This document shows, one piece after another, positions 53,375-63,539 of a stretch of 64,000 bases of DNA. The notes under the pieces were generated by a model. The model worked only from the letters and a program-made list of their open reading frames with translations, did no database searches and had not been told where the DNA came from. The position numbers and the translations under genes are program-made. Origin of the DNA: Phycisphaerae bacterium (GTDB lineage Bacteria; Planctomycetota; Phycisphaerae; UBA1845; Fen-1342); contig CAXXWX010000028.1 in the NCBI GenBank assembly GCA_963675745.2, forward strand, positions 82,118 to 146,117, read 5' to 3'. Position 1 is the stretch's first letter, and every line of letters starts with the position of its first letter.

Positions 53375-53404
53375 CGAGAGCATTATATCTTGATTATGTT
53401 GCAG
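53375..53404. promoter_or_regulatory. -10 box (TATAAT, minus strand 53382-53387) embedded in a dif/cer-like sequence
   Basis: CGAGAGCATTA-TATCTTGA-TTATGTTGCAG. Confidence 0.4.
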
Positions 53405-53664
53405 TAATACCGAATTGTCGCACCGTGTAAAGGCCCCCGCGGCGATAATTCTGTGGATAATATCACGTTTGTGATATCTCTTGTTGCGTATGATGCTGGC
53501 GAGTTTTGGTGATACGTCGGCACACGTGCTCTAGACTCGCCCCCGCGCGTTCCCTCGGTGGTAGACACGCTAGACGCGACGCAGCAGGAAGCTCGTGCCG
53601 ATCGAAGCCGCAACCGTCACGCACAACTGTGACGCGTAGAATATGCCACGCGTAGCATTAGACT

Positions 53665-54600
53665 ATGGTCACACGTCAGCGCGAGGTGCAGTGCACGATG
53701 GCCGCTTACAGGATTCGCGAGTTCCGGGGTTTGGAGGACGCCCGTGCGCAATACCGGCTTTGGCTGCGCGCTACTGAGGCTCTTCCGCGCGCATGGCGTT
53801 CTTCCTTGCGCAACGCCGAACACCAGCTCGCGCAAGCCGAACGCTTCCCGAAAAGCCGGCTGTACGCCGAGCGACCTGACGGAACATTGCTCGGCTACAT
53901 CGGCACGCACCCGCCGTTCGAATGGGTTGCCTCCCAACATGGCCCGCCGGCGGATACGCTCGGCTGGGCGATTCCATTCGGGTTTCCCTGGACGTATCCG
54001 CTGAACGCCGCACTGCAAGCCGAGCTGTACGAGGCGATGATCCGCCTGACGCCGGAGGTCTACAGCGAGTTCGCGTGTGATATCTACATTCAGCGGTTTC
54101 GAGAATCATGGTCGCACCACCTGACGTTTCTTGAGCAACGGGGCTGGAAGCGTTACCAGCGGTTGCCACTCCTGGGCCGGGGACTTGGCAATCCCGACAA
54201 GCCGCCGCATGAGCTTGTTGGCGTGGTGCGTGATGATCTGGAACTGGCGAGCGCGCTCAGCCAAGCGGACAAGACCGCAACAGACAAGTTTCCAACTGAG
54301 GAGCTTCAGCAACGTTACGACGCCGGCTGGATTGCGTGCGACACATTCTGGCGGCTGGGCGAGCGCGGGGCGTTTGCGCTGGAGCACCGCGGGCGCTGGG
54401 CGGGTGTGACCTTCTTCTCAGCCCGGCCCGATGCGTGGGATGAGACACTCCGGGCGGCCGCAGCGCAGAGTGCGGCTTTGGGCGCGAGCGAGATGTACTT
54501 TACGATCGAGGCAAGCGAGCAGCGGCGGCGTGAGGCGCTTGAAATCGCCGGGTTTCGTGAGGTTGACGCCGGCGTCTACTACGTGCGCGAGGCCGATTGA
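53665..54600 (+). CDS. Hypothetical protein, possibly tandem GNAT-like fold
   Basis: 311-aa ORF with coding-like usage; FLEQRGW and LEIAGF segments resemble GNAT C-terminal motifs; alternative start 53698. Confidence 0.55.
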   Translation: MVTRQREVQCTMAAYRIREFRGLEDARAQYRLWLRATEALPRAWRSSLRNAEHQLAQAERFPKSRLYAERPDGTLLGYIGTHPPFEWVASQHGPPADTLGWAIPFGFPWTYPLNAALQAELYEAMIRLTPEVYSEFACDIYIQRFRESWSHHLTFLEQRGWKRYQRLPLLGRGLGNPDKPPHELVGVVRDDLELASALSQADKTATDKFPTEELQQRYDAGWIACDTFWRLGERGAFALEHRGRWAGVTFFSARPDAWDETLRAAAAQSAALGASEMYFTIEASEQRRREALEIAGFREVDAGVYYVREAD

Positions 54601-54666
54601 GTCCGGCCGACTTACCGGCGTGCAGTTTCAATTGTGATGGAATAGTGGCGTCGTTACGATGGACTG

Positions 54667-56298
54667 ATGCGATTCGCAGCGGGATTCTTCCTGATAACGC
54701 TCAATCTGTCCGTCGTCAGCAACGCCGGCGGACAGACGATCATCGTCGATAATGCCGATCCCGAATTCGCCGTGCTTTCAGGCACGTGGAGCAGCGGAGC
54801 ATATGGCTCGCCGTATGGCGAGGACTACAACTGGGCGCTCACCACCGGCGCGGGCGGCGCGCCGGCCGAAGTTGAATGGCGTCCCAACCTGCCCCACGCA
54901 GGCGAATACGAGGTCGCGGTTCACTACGTCAGTGGTCCGAATCGCGCCGTAGACGCCCCCTTCACGATTCATCATGCCGGTGGGACCACCACAACGATGG
55001 TGGATCAGCAACTCAACAGCGGTACCTGGGTTCCGCTGGGGAGCTTTGCCTTTGACACTGGCACAGGCGCATATGTCACGCTCGACAACGCCGCCGGTCC
55101 GACCGTTGTGATCGCGGACGCCGTGCGGTTTCGATCGGCCGACGCGTTGGTGTTGTACGATGACCCGCGGATCAGAATCGGCGGCGCCCTGTTCCCCCAC
55201 GCAACGGATTACGCCGTGCGGCTTGATCGCATTGATCCGTTGTTGCTGGCAGACCCGGACGACCTGTTCTCGCCGGCGGTGGCCGTGCTCACGACCGGCG
55301 TGACCGTCAACTTCCGCACGGACAGTGCCTCGATACGGGCTAACTTCAACCACCTGTCTCACGTGGTCACCGAAAACACGGGCTACGTCGTGTACCAGAA
55401 CGGCGTATTTGATCAACTCGTCAACGAGCTCGACGTTGTCGAGATCACATCCACACAACCCGGCACACCCGTAACCTATGAGATCGTCTGCCCGAGCTAC
55501 GACGAGGTCACGTTCGCGGATCTGGAACTGGCATCCGGCGCGTCGATGTTCCCGCTGCCTGTGGATCGACGACCGCGGTACTTCGCCCTCGGCGACTCGA
55601 TCACGCACGGCAGTGAGATCGACGCCGATACAAAGGCCGACAGTACGACGAGCTACCCATGGGTGCTGGCCGCGACCAGAGGCTGGCACCTGCACAACCT
55701 CGCCGTGGGTGGGTCCGAAGTAGCGCCGGCGTTTGGCAACATGCTGGTCGACGAGCGTGCTGACGCCATCACGATTCTCTGGGGCCTGAACGACAAGTCG
55801 CACGACAATGATCTGCCCCTGTTCATAGGCAAGTATGAGGATTTGCTGGACAACTTGCGTGCTGCCCAGCCGTGGACGCCGATCTACTGCGTAACGATGA
55901 TCGCCTGCTCGGGCGAAGGCCCCGGCAGCAACGGCTACACACTGGACGACTATCGCGACGCCATCGCCGGTATCGTCGCCGCGCGCCAGGCGACCGGCGA
56001 TTGCCACTTGCACCTGGTCCGCGGTGAAGAGCTGACCACGCTGGCCGACCTGAGCGACGGTGCGCATCTCAGCGTTCCGGGCGCGGCCCGCTTCGCTGAT
56101 GAGCTGAACGGCGTAATTGGCGCCGCCTGGGGTGATCTCGACTACGACGGCACATGGGGCGCCGGCGACTTCGCACTGCTCGCGGGTTGCCTGACCGGTC
56201 CGGACGCGCAGCCGGCGGCGGGGACGTGCGATGACGCCGACTACGACTGCGACTGCGACGTTGATCTGCACGAGATAGCGGCTCTGCAAGTGAGATGA
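54667..56298 (+). CDS. Secreted SGNH/GDSL hydrolase with N-terminal golvesin/xanthan-lyase-like beta-sandwich and C-terminal dockerin-like domain
   Basis: IIVDN.D..F...G.W, G.Y.V, VDQ....G.W..LG.F, VIADAVRF; GDSITHG, NLAVGG, GLND, DGAH; GDLDYDG...CLTGPD...C..ADYDCDCDVDL. Confidence 0.82.
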   Translation: MRFAAGFFLITLNLSVVSNAGGQTIIVDNADPEFAVLSGTWSSGAYGSPYGEDYNWALTTGAGGAPAEVEWRPNLPHAGEYEVAVHYVSGPNRAVDAPFTIHHAGGTTTTMVDQQLNSGTWVPLGSFAFDTGTGAYVTLDNAAGPTVVIADAVRFRSADALVLYDDPRIRIGGALFPHATDYAVRLDRIDPLLLADPDDLFSPAVAVLTTGVTVNFRTDSASIRANFNHLSHVVTENTGYVVYQNGVFDQLVNELDVVEITSTQPGTPVTYEIVCPSYDEVTFADLELASGASMFPLPVDRRPRYFALGDSITHGSEIDADTKADSTTSYPWVLAATRGWHLHNLAVGGSEVAPAFGNMLVDERADAITILWGLNDKSHDNDLPLFIGKYEDLLDNLRAAQPWTPIYCVTMIACSGEGPGSNGYTLDDYRDAIAGIVAARQATGDCHLHLVRGEELTTLADLSDGAHLSVPGAARFADELNGVIGAAWGDLDYDGTWGAGDFALLAGCLTGPDAQPAAGTCDDADYDCDCDVDLHEIAALQVR

Positions 56299-56372
56299 AG
56301 TTCGGCGAAGAGGCCGCTGGCGTGCGACCATGCATGCGTGAACGGCCATTCAGCGCTGGCGTCAGGTACATC

Positions 56373-56401
56373 TTGACAGGCGGCGGGAGGGTGTATACGC
56401 T
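56373..56401 (+). promoter_or_regulatory. Sigma70-type promoter of the tRNA
   Basis: TTGACA-17 nt-TACGCT, 12 nt upstream of the tRNA. Confidence 0.65.
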
Positions 56402-56413
56402 GCGTTACTCGAT

Positions 56414-56486
<73 letters not shown>

Positions 56487-56502
56487 GTTCGGTAAGCTCC
56501 TT

Positions 56503-56532
56503 AGGGACAAGACTTAGGCTTGTCCCTTTTTT
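56503..56532 (+). terminator. Intrinsic terminator after the tRNA
   Basis: AGGGACAAG-7 nt-CTTGTCCCT followed by a T run. Confidence 0.8.
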
Positions 56533-56660
56533 GTGCGCCGGCCGCGAAAACGGGCGTTTTTGCTACCAATTTGTAACCACGCCCTGAAATCGAACCGGCC
56601 GGCTCGCCGCTCTCGGGATGGAACAAGCCACCAGGTACCGAGAGCGACGAGGAGCTACCC

Positions 56661-57909
56661 GTGGCCGCCATCTACAAACGCGGAAAGAAGGGCATCTGGT
56701 GGATCAAGTACTATGTCGCCGGAAAAGCGGTCTACTACTCGCTGCGCACGACCAACGCCCGCGCCGCCGAGCGCATCAAGAAACAGATCGAAGGCGACGA
56801 AGCCAAGGGCGAACTGCTCGCCCCCTCCCGCACGCCGCTGCCTGAACTGCTCGAGGACTACTGCCAGTTCATGGCGACGTTCCGCACGCCGAAGTCGTGC
56901 TCTGCGGACGTCTCGATCCTGCGGATCGTCTTCGGTCCCATCACGCCGGCGCTGGAGCTCGGCTCGCACGTGAACCGGCGGTTCCGCACCGACAGCGCCC
57001 GCCGGGTGCGCGACACGTTGGTCCCCCGCCACATCCTCGCCAAGCACCTCGAAGATGTCACCGGCCGCGTGCTGGAGGACTTCATCACGACACGGATCCG
57101 CGAGGACGGGATCTCGGCCAAGACCGCCAACCGCACCCGCGAGGTGCTGCACAAGCTGTTCAACTACGCGATCAAGAAATGGGGCTTCGTGGCCCCCGAC
57201 CGACGGCATCCCAATCCCGCCGCGCTCGTGCAGCGACGCTCTGAGCCGCCGCGCGTGATCCGATTCCTGACCGCCGAGCAGGTCACCCGGCAGCTGGAGA
57301 TCCTCGCTGATCAGCCCACGCTGCACGCCATGGTGGCCACGCTGATCTATGCCGGGCCGCGCCGCGAAGCGGTGCTCTGGCTCACGCCCGAAGATGTCGA
57401 CCTGGAGCGACGCCTGCTCCACATTCGGGCGAAGAAGATCGCCGGTGAATCCTGGCAGCCCAAGACCAAGCGGAATCGCGTGGTGCCGATCAGCAGTGCC
57501 CTGCATGCGATCCTTAAGCGCGTACAAACCGCCGACCGAAGGGCCGTGGTTCTTCCCCTCGCCGCGGGGCTGCCGTTGGAACCCGGACAACTTCTCGCAG
57601 ACGCTGCGGGAGATCAACAACGCGCATGGCCTGGCGTGGTCGTGCTTGGATTTCCGGCACACGTTCGGCAGCTTGCTCGCTCAGAAAGGCGTGTCGCTCT
57701 ACAAGATCGCCGAGTTGATGGGCAACTCGCCGGAGATCTGCCGCCGGCACTACGCGGCCTGGTGCCGGAGAAGATGCACGACGTGGTCGAGTTCGACGAG
57801 GAACCTGAGAAGCCGACACCGACCGATGACCTGCTGCGGCAGGTGCTGGCCAAGCTCGACCAGCTGCCGCTGGACGAGGACAAGCCGAAGTCTGCGCGTG
57901 GTCTCCTGA
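56661..57909 (+). CDS. Tyrosine integrase with apparent indels near 57516, 57759 and 57891
   Basis: N-terminal IYKRG..WWI.Y arm; YAGPRREA, KTKRNR.VP; after the frameshift LDFRHTFGS.L...GVSL..IA.LMGNS..ICRRHY. Confidence 0.82.
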
Positions 57910-58008
57910 GTTGCGAAGGGCTCGTCTCATTCATGCGGAACGGAAACCACCGCGGACGTGGCGTTTCGTGATGTCGTAGTGGGCGCGGCAGCGCGAAAGG
58001 GTGGGTCT

Positions 58009-58235
58009 TTAGTCGACGTATTCGCGCGAGGCGAGCCAGGCCTCCACATCGGACCAGCGGTAACGGATGGCGCCGTTTTCTGGTCACTGACGGCGATGGG
58101 CTGGATGCCCGCCTCGCGCAGCCACCGGCGCACCGACGAGCGGTGGGCATCCAGCCGTAGGGCCAGTGTCTTCAAACTGACCGCCAGCGGGTGGCGCTCG
58201 TCCGGTTTGTGCGGCTGGATGCCCTGGCGTGGCAT
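58009..58235 (-). CDS. Excisionase-like HTH protein (one indel near 58080)
   Basis: SLKTLA..LDAHRSSVRRWL in one frame joins NGAIRYRWSDVEAWLASREYVD* in another; GGAGG SD. Confidence 0.65.
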
Positions 58236-58255
58236 GGTGAATATCCTCCCGTAAT

Positions 58256-58564
58256 TCAGTCGGTGACCGCGCCTTCGTGTTCGACGGCGGCGGCCCCGGG
58301 TTCCGCGTCCGGGTCGCGCTCATTCAGCACGATGAACTCATAGGCCTTCTCGACCACGAGCCTCAGCTTCGGTAGATCGCTCGCGAAGAAGCAATCGGTT
58401 TGGATCCAGTTCTGGGTCCGGGGATCGCGATAGCTCTTCTCGATTCGAATGCTGTGGCTGACGCGTGGAGCCTCACCACCGCGCTGCTCATTCCTCCAGA
58501 TTGCGGCGCGGACGCCGCCGGCGCGAAACTCCCGGACCGGGCGGTTGGGGGTGGCATCAGACAT
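58256..58564 (-). CDS. Small protein, putative PC4-like ssDNA-binding protein
   Basis: P..EFRAG.VRAAIW.N...S..IEKSY.D....W.....F...DL pattern with acidic tail; AAAGGAGA SD; fold assignment from memory. Confidence 0.5.
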   Translation of the reverse strand: MSDATPNRPVREFRAGGVRAAIWRNEQRGGEAPRVSHSIRIEKSYRDPRTQNWIQTDCFFASDLPKLRLVVEKAYEFIVLNERDPDAEPGAAAVEHEGAVTD

Positions 58565-59625
58565 CGTATTTCTCCTTTTGGAAGCGGATGTACCGTCGGC
58601 CGCGCTCAGCGCGGCCGTCCCGGAAACGCGGTGAACGCTGCAGCGCGGGTCGCAGAAGGGTCGAATCGCGGGGTCCTCGCAGCCGCAGCCCCGATACGGT
58701 TTGGCGTACGCGCTCGCCGTTTGCTCGACGATTTCGTCGGCCGTGATGATGGCCTTCCCGTCGCAGGGACGATTCCTGCCGGACCAGTCGCATAGGGCGG
58801 CCGCTGCAAGGTCTTGGGGAAGACCGGCCTTCTTCAGATGCACGGCCAGGCGGAAAGCAACTAACACGCTGAAGCTCGGTCACGCCCTCCGCGAGCATGC
58901 GCTGAGCACACGGCGGCAACCCATACGATGCCTGCCCGTTGGTCGGCCGGTGCGCCGGATCGTGGTCCTTGCGGATGTGCGGGGACGGCGTGAGGTCGTT
59001 GAGTTCGATGAGCTCGTCGAGCTGGTGCTCCGTGATTCGGACGACGGTTTCGAGCACCTGCCACTGCTCAGGGTGCGGCTTGAACCCGTTGTCTGGATCG
59101 AGGAAAACGGTCCGACCATGCGGGACCAGTGCGCCGAACAGTGGCGCGTAGATGTAGTTGCCGTATATGGCCCTGGTATCGAGCCGGTCGTGCTTGGGGA
59201 AGACCTCGGTGTTGGGCTGGCCGATCTGGTCCAGAATGCAGCGAACGACCAGCCGCGCCTTGGCAAGCCGGGACGCGGGCCTCATCGAAGAACATCCAGA
59301 CGTGGTGGCCCTTCGATTTGCTGCGCTCGATGTACGTGACCAGACCGTAGCCCAGGGCGCCTTCGCGGAAGCGCATCGGCGGGTCGAGGTCGTCCACGTC
59401 GAAATCCACGGCCACGGCGCGGGTCAGATCGTTGACCAGCAGGTACACACCGTATGGACGCCGGCCCTGCAGATGAGCGACGATGACCGCATTCGTCACC
59501 GGCTGCTTGACCTGCCGCGCGCGACCGGTGGCCGGGTCGTATGTACCGTATACGTGCGGCAGTCCGCTGAAGCACGCACGGAACACGGCCACCTTCTGCT
59601 CGGTCGTCCTCGTGGTCCGCGACAT
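58557..59625 (-). CDS. Archaeo-eukaryotic primase (AEP) with Cys-rich PriL-like C-terminus (indels near 59265 and 58855)
   Basis: HL.G....GVY.L, AVDFD, YIERSKSKGHHVW.FF, EVFPK....GN.I..PL; then LPPC...YRGCGC...FCDPRC. Confidence 0.75.
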
Positions 59626-59703
59626 AGGCACGCGCGCTGCTCCCTTCGGAGGCGGAACGCAAAGGCCTCCGTAGGATCATGCGGAGCGGTCGCGCCGTGG
59701 GTT

Positions 59704-60345
59704 TCAGGAGGGGGGGGCTTCCCGGCGAAAGAAGCCGGCGAAGACCCGCTTCAAGAGGCTGTCGGTCCAAAGGTGCGTGTCAATCAGACCGAACACGTCT
59801 TCGGCCCACTGTTCCGGCGAACACTGGCGCAACTCGGCAGGCAGATACTCACGGTGTTGCTCGAGCAGAATGGCTGCCATGGCGCATTTCGTGGGCCAGT
59901 CGGCTGAATCGACGTACGAGCACTCGATCCAGCGAATGTGCATCTGGCGGCGCTCGTTCTTAATCAGCTCCGCAAGCCGGGTCAGGACTAGCTCCATCCC
60001 CGGGCTGGATGTGTTAGCGGCGTCGAGAATCGCCCCCTGGTAACCGCCGGCGTGCGTACCCTGGTAGGCCCTTGACAGGAGAGCCACGGCTTCGTCCCGG
60101 GCCTGAGATGCCGTGGGCTTCCTGCTACCAGGCAGTGCCTTCTCGTAGACGTGGGCAACGAACCGGGCAGCAGTATCTATGAATCGCAGCTGCGAGTAGC
60201 CGTCGTCTTCCGGGCAGTTGAATTCATCGAGGGCCTCGTCGATCGGCGCGTCGATGCGCTGGGCAATGAGGTGTTCGTCGAGCAGACCAGCTACGCGGTC
60301 AAGCGTTTCAGCGGCCCGGCGTAGGATTGACTCAGAGTTCGTCAT
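59704..60345 (-). CDS. Unknown ~210-aa helical protein (paralogue A)
   Basis: Intact ORF overlapping the ATPase stop; shares motifs with 62936-63527 and 63540-64000. Confidence 0.7.
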   Translation of the reverse strand: MTNSESILRRAAETLDRVAGLLDEHLIAQRIDAPIDEALDEFNCPEDDGYSQLRFIDTAARFVAHVYEKALPGSRKPTASQARDEAVALLSRAYQGTHAGGYQGAILDAANTSSPGMELVLTRLAELIKNERRQMHIRWIECSYVDSADWPTKCAMAAILLEQHREYLPAELRQCSPEQWAEDVFGLIDTHLWTDSLLKRVFAGFFRREAPPS

Positions 60346-62866
60346 GGCCGAACGACTCGTCGTTGAGTTGACCCGCCGACACGTGTGAACTGAAACCTGC
60401 GTCGGTACCTGCCAAGAGCCGCTGCTGAACCAGCGGTTGTGACAGCGGCGTCTGCCATCGCCGGCTACGCGTATCGACGACGTGCTGGACATCCGCGGCC
60501 GGCCGGCAGTACTTCGCATGGGACCGGGCGATGATCAGATCCCGGCAGTTCTCTTCTTGGATATCCAACGGGGGGTGGGTTGCCAGTCGGACCACATGCG
60601 TGCCGATTCGGGCGATCGCCTGCCCGATATCCAATGTGATCAGATCCTCCACCTCGACCAGGCCGCGGAGGTCTTTCCTGAGGTGCTGGGCGTCCTTTGT
60701 GTCGACGTTGAAGACGATCGTCGAGCCCACGCTCGACAGCGCATCGCTCTTGCGCGTCGTGAACTGGCTCATGTACTGATGCGCGACGGTGAGTGACACA
60801 TCGAACTTGCGGGTCTCGGCGATTAGATCCTCCATGGCATCGGTCATGAAGCGGTGGCGCCTCATCGCAGTAGATGTGGAAGGGCCGACGTTGGCCCGTT
60901 GGCACGCTCCCGCGGCCCAAGGGCCGTCAGGTGCAATAGCGAGAGCATGAAGCAGCCCAGGATCTCGCGCACCTCCGGGCCGACTTTCGAGAGGTCCACC
61001 AGCAGGATCTTCCCGGCTTCCATCACGTCCTGGAAATCGAATCGCCGACTCATCCTGCGACAGCATGAGCGACACCGTCCCCGAGGTCAGCAGCTTGCTG
61101 AGCTTGTGCTGCGCGGGTGCCAAATCGGACGGTTTGTAATCCTTGAAGTCATGCTGCCAAAACAGCTTCGCCACAGCATTATCGACGGCCTTCAGCACCT
61201 CACCGCGCAGGTGTCGGCTTTCGTCGGACTTCGATCGCAGTAAATTCGACACGTCGAAAAGACAGCTGCCCGGCATGTGCAGGAGGGCGAAGATCGCGTG
61301 ACGCAGCAGGTGGCTCCAGGCGGTCGCCCCAGCCGGTGACAAAGCTCTTGAAGGCACGCACCAGGTCATCGGCAACCCGGCTGATTTCCAGGTCCGCGCC
61401 ACAGCGAAGCGGGTTCCAGCGCGGAACCCACTGGGGGTCGCCAGGGTCGAGGTAGATGACACGGTCGATGTGTTTCAGCGGGCAGCAGGCCCAGGATCCG
61501 CTGGACGAGCCGCCCGTGGGGATCCAGCACCGCCACCCCCTGGTCCTGGCGCACGTCGTGAATGATCATCGATTCCATGACCGTAGATTTGCCCGTCCCG
61601 GACCGTCCAATGAGGTGCACGTGTTTCCCACGCACATCCGGCGGGATGCACACGGGCTGCCGTACGCCGGCGCAGTCGCAGTGGCCGATGGGAACGCCGA
61701 CCATGAGCTGCTGCCGGTGGCGGGAGGGTCTCCAGCGCATTCGTATCCGTTTGGACGTGTGCGGATATGTCCGGCGGCGGGACGTGAGCCCAGGCTGGTC
61801 AGCTCCCAGGAGTTCATGAGGAACCCGGGCCGATGCGTGGCTCCGCTGACGAACATCCGCCGGATGTCCGAAGCAGACAGCTTCGACCGGTAGTCGAATT
61901 CGCCTCAGCCAGTCCAACGGCCGGCCACCGTGTTGAAAGAGGCTCGCGACGACCGCCAGCGCCCTCAGCTCGTCCACGGCGGTGTTCGCCGCCATCAACG
62001 ATGCCGACACGCAGCGCGGCGGCGAAAAACGGCTTGTCACTGTGTGATTTGACCTCGACCTCTGCCGACATCTGCCGCAGATCACCCGAGGGCGCCTGTT
62101 GGGCGAATTGCTGTGGGTGGGGCGAGCTCCGCCGAGCAGTTTGATCGTGTATTCCAGATCCAGGAGGGCCTGGACGTTTTGGTGCCAGTTATGCGCCGGT
62201 GGGACGGGTTCAAAGACGACCTGGTAAACGCCGATCGCTGGGGCTGGGATCTGGACCAACACCGCGATCAGCGTGGCGTAGGGAGACCGTCTGAGCTCAT
62301 CGGGCCGTGTGAACAGGTGCGAATAGGGCGGAGGCGGGTAAAAATCACGGAAGACCGCCTTGTCCCAGACCTCCAGCGGGAGGCCTCGTAGGAGGTCGAT
62401 CCCGTTGTCGGCGAGCAGGCACTGCTCGAACTGCCCGTTGAACGCGGCCGATATGATTCGGCCGATCGTCCCGGTGGCAGAGCAGCTGGAACCAGATCCG
62501 TTCCGTATTGCCGAGGAGTTCCAACCCGATTCGTCGACGAACGTGGGAGAGCTGCTTGAGCAGGAGTTCGGACCGGACCCAGTCACACTTCTGCTCCGGC
62601 GAGGTCCAGATCTGCAGGCGGACGAGATCGTCCTCGGGGGGCGGTTCCTCATATACCCAGTTGACAGGCGAGGTCGCGCGGCGTCTCGTGGTCGCTTCCG
62701 AGAATGAGATCATACGCAGGTTCCAGCGCCACCGGCTCGGGCCAGGATGTCCGGCAGACACCCTTTGCCGACCTCTTGCTGCACCAGCGCCTTGGCCTTG
62801 GCCGTCAACATGTACGACCGGGCCTTGCCCAGCAGCGCCTCTTTCGATCGACATCGCCGTATTCAT
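60332..62866 (-). CDS. VirD4/TraD/HerA-like P-loop ATPase with large N-terminal domain (multiple indels)
   Basis: HVHLIGRSGTGKST, GVAVLDPHG, GKILLVDLS, FHIYCDEA, E.RKF.VSLTVAHQY..Q spread across frames; start approximate. Confidence 0.75.
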
Positions 62867-62935
62867 CCACGCCTCTGTACGAAGAAGCGTGCGGATGAAT
62901 CGGCGTCTGGATTTCAGCCGACCATTGGCGGAGCG

Positions 62936-63527
62936 TCAGCTGCGACCAATCTGGCCGAGGCGCTGCATCATCCTGGGATGCTCGGCCAGCACCTTGAGGA
63001 AGTTCATCTTCACGCGCCCGGCGCTCCGTGCTCGGTCAGCTCGGACGGTAGGAGACGCCCATACTCGGCCAGGTACTCGTCCGTGGCGCGGAGCTTCTCG
63101 TCCGCGGAGAGTCCCTCCCAATAGCGCGAGATCCGCCCCTTGATTTCATTCTCGGCGTATTCGCGAGCCTGCACCTCGGCGAACTTCCGGAGCACGGCGT
63201 TGAGGCCCCCTTCAACGCCCGTGCGGGCCATCTCGAACGCGGTCTGGTATCTCGCCATTGGATTCGAAGGCTCTTTGCAGCAACACTTTGCTGTAATGGC
63301 CCCACGCGAAGTTCTGGTCTATGTCAGGCATCGTGTGTAGACGCAAGATCCGCGTATCCACGTGCCGGCCGAAACGGATGATACACTGCCGAAACTCATC
63401 CCAGTCGGCGATGCGCGCCGCTTTGACAGGGAACGTGTTGATGGCCTCGTCAGCCCTTCGAGCCGTCTGGTCCAGCGTCCTGTCTCGGGTGAACGCTGTT
63501 CAGCAGTTCCTTGAGTGCGCTTGCCAT
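62936..63527 (-). CDS. Unknown ~195-aa helical protein (paralogue B; indels near 63485, 63250 and 63025)
   Basis: Reconstructed MASALKELL..DEAINTF..DEFRQCIIRFGRHV..LLQRAF..AFEMARTGVEGGLNAVL..LPSEL..GRS*. Confidence 0.62.
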
Positions 63528-63539
63528 GGCATCGTCCCC

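Noticed and set aside
53452..53460. Replication origin
   Set aside because: A single DnaA box with no box cluster and no dnaA/dnaN nearby.
53361..53664. A defined invertible fim-like switch
   Set aside because: Only 6-7 bp inverted matches were found (e.g. TCGGCAC/GTGCCGA), which is chance level. Inversion remains unproven.
57516..57760. Programmed frameshifting in the integrase
   Set aside because: No slippery heptamer, and similar indels occur in nearly every neighbouring gene; error or decay is simpler.
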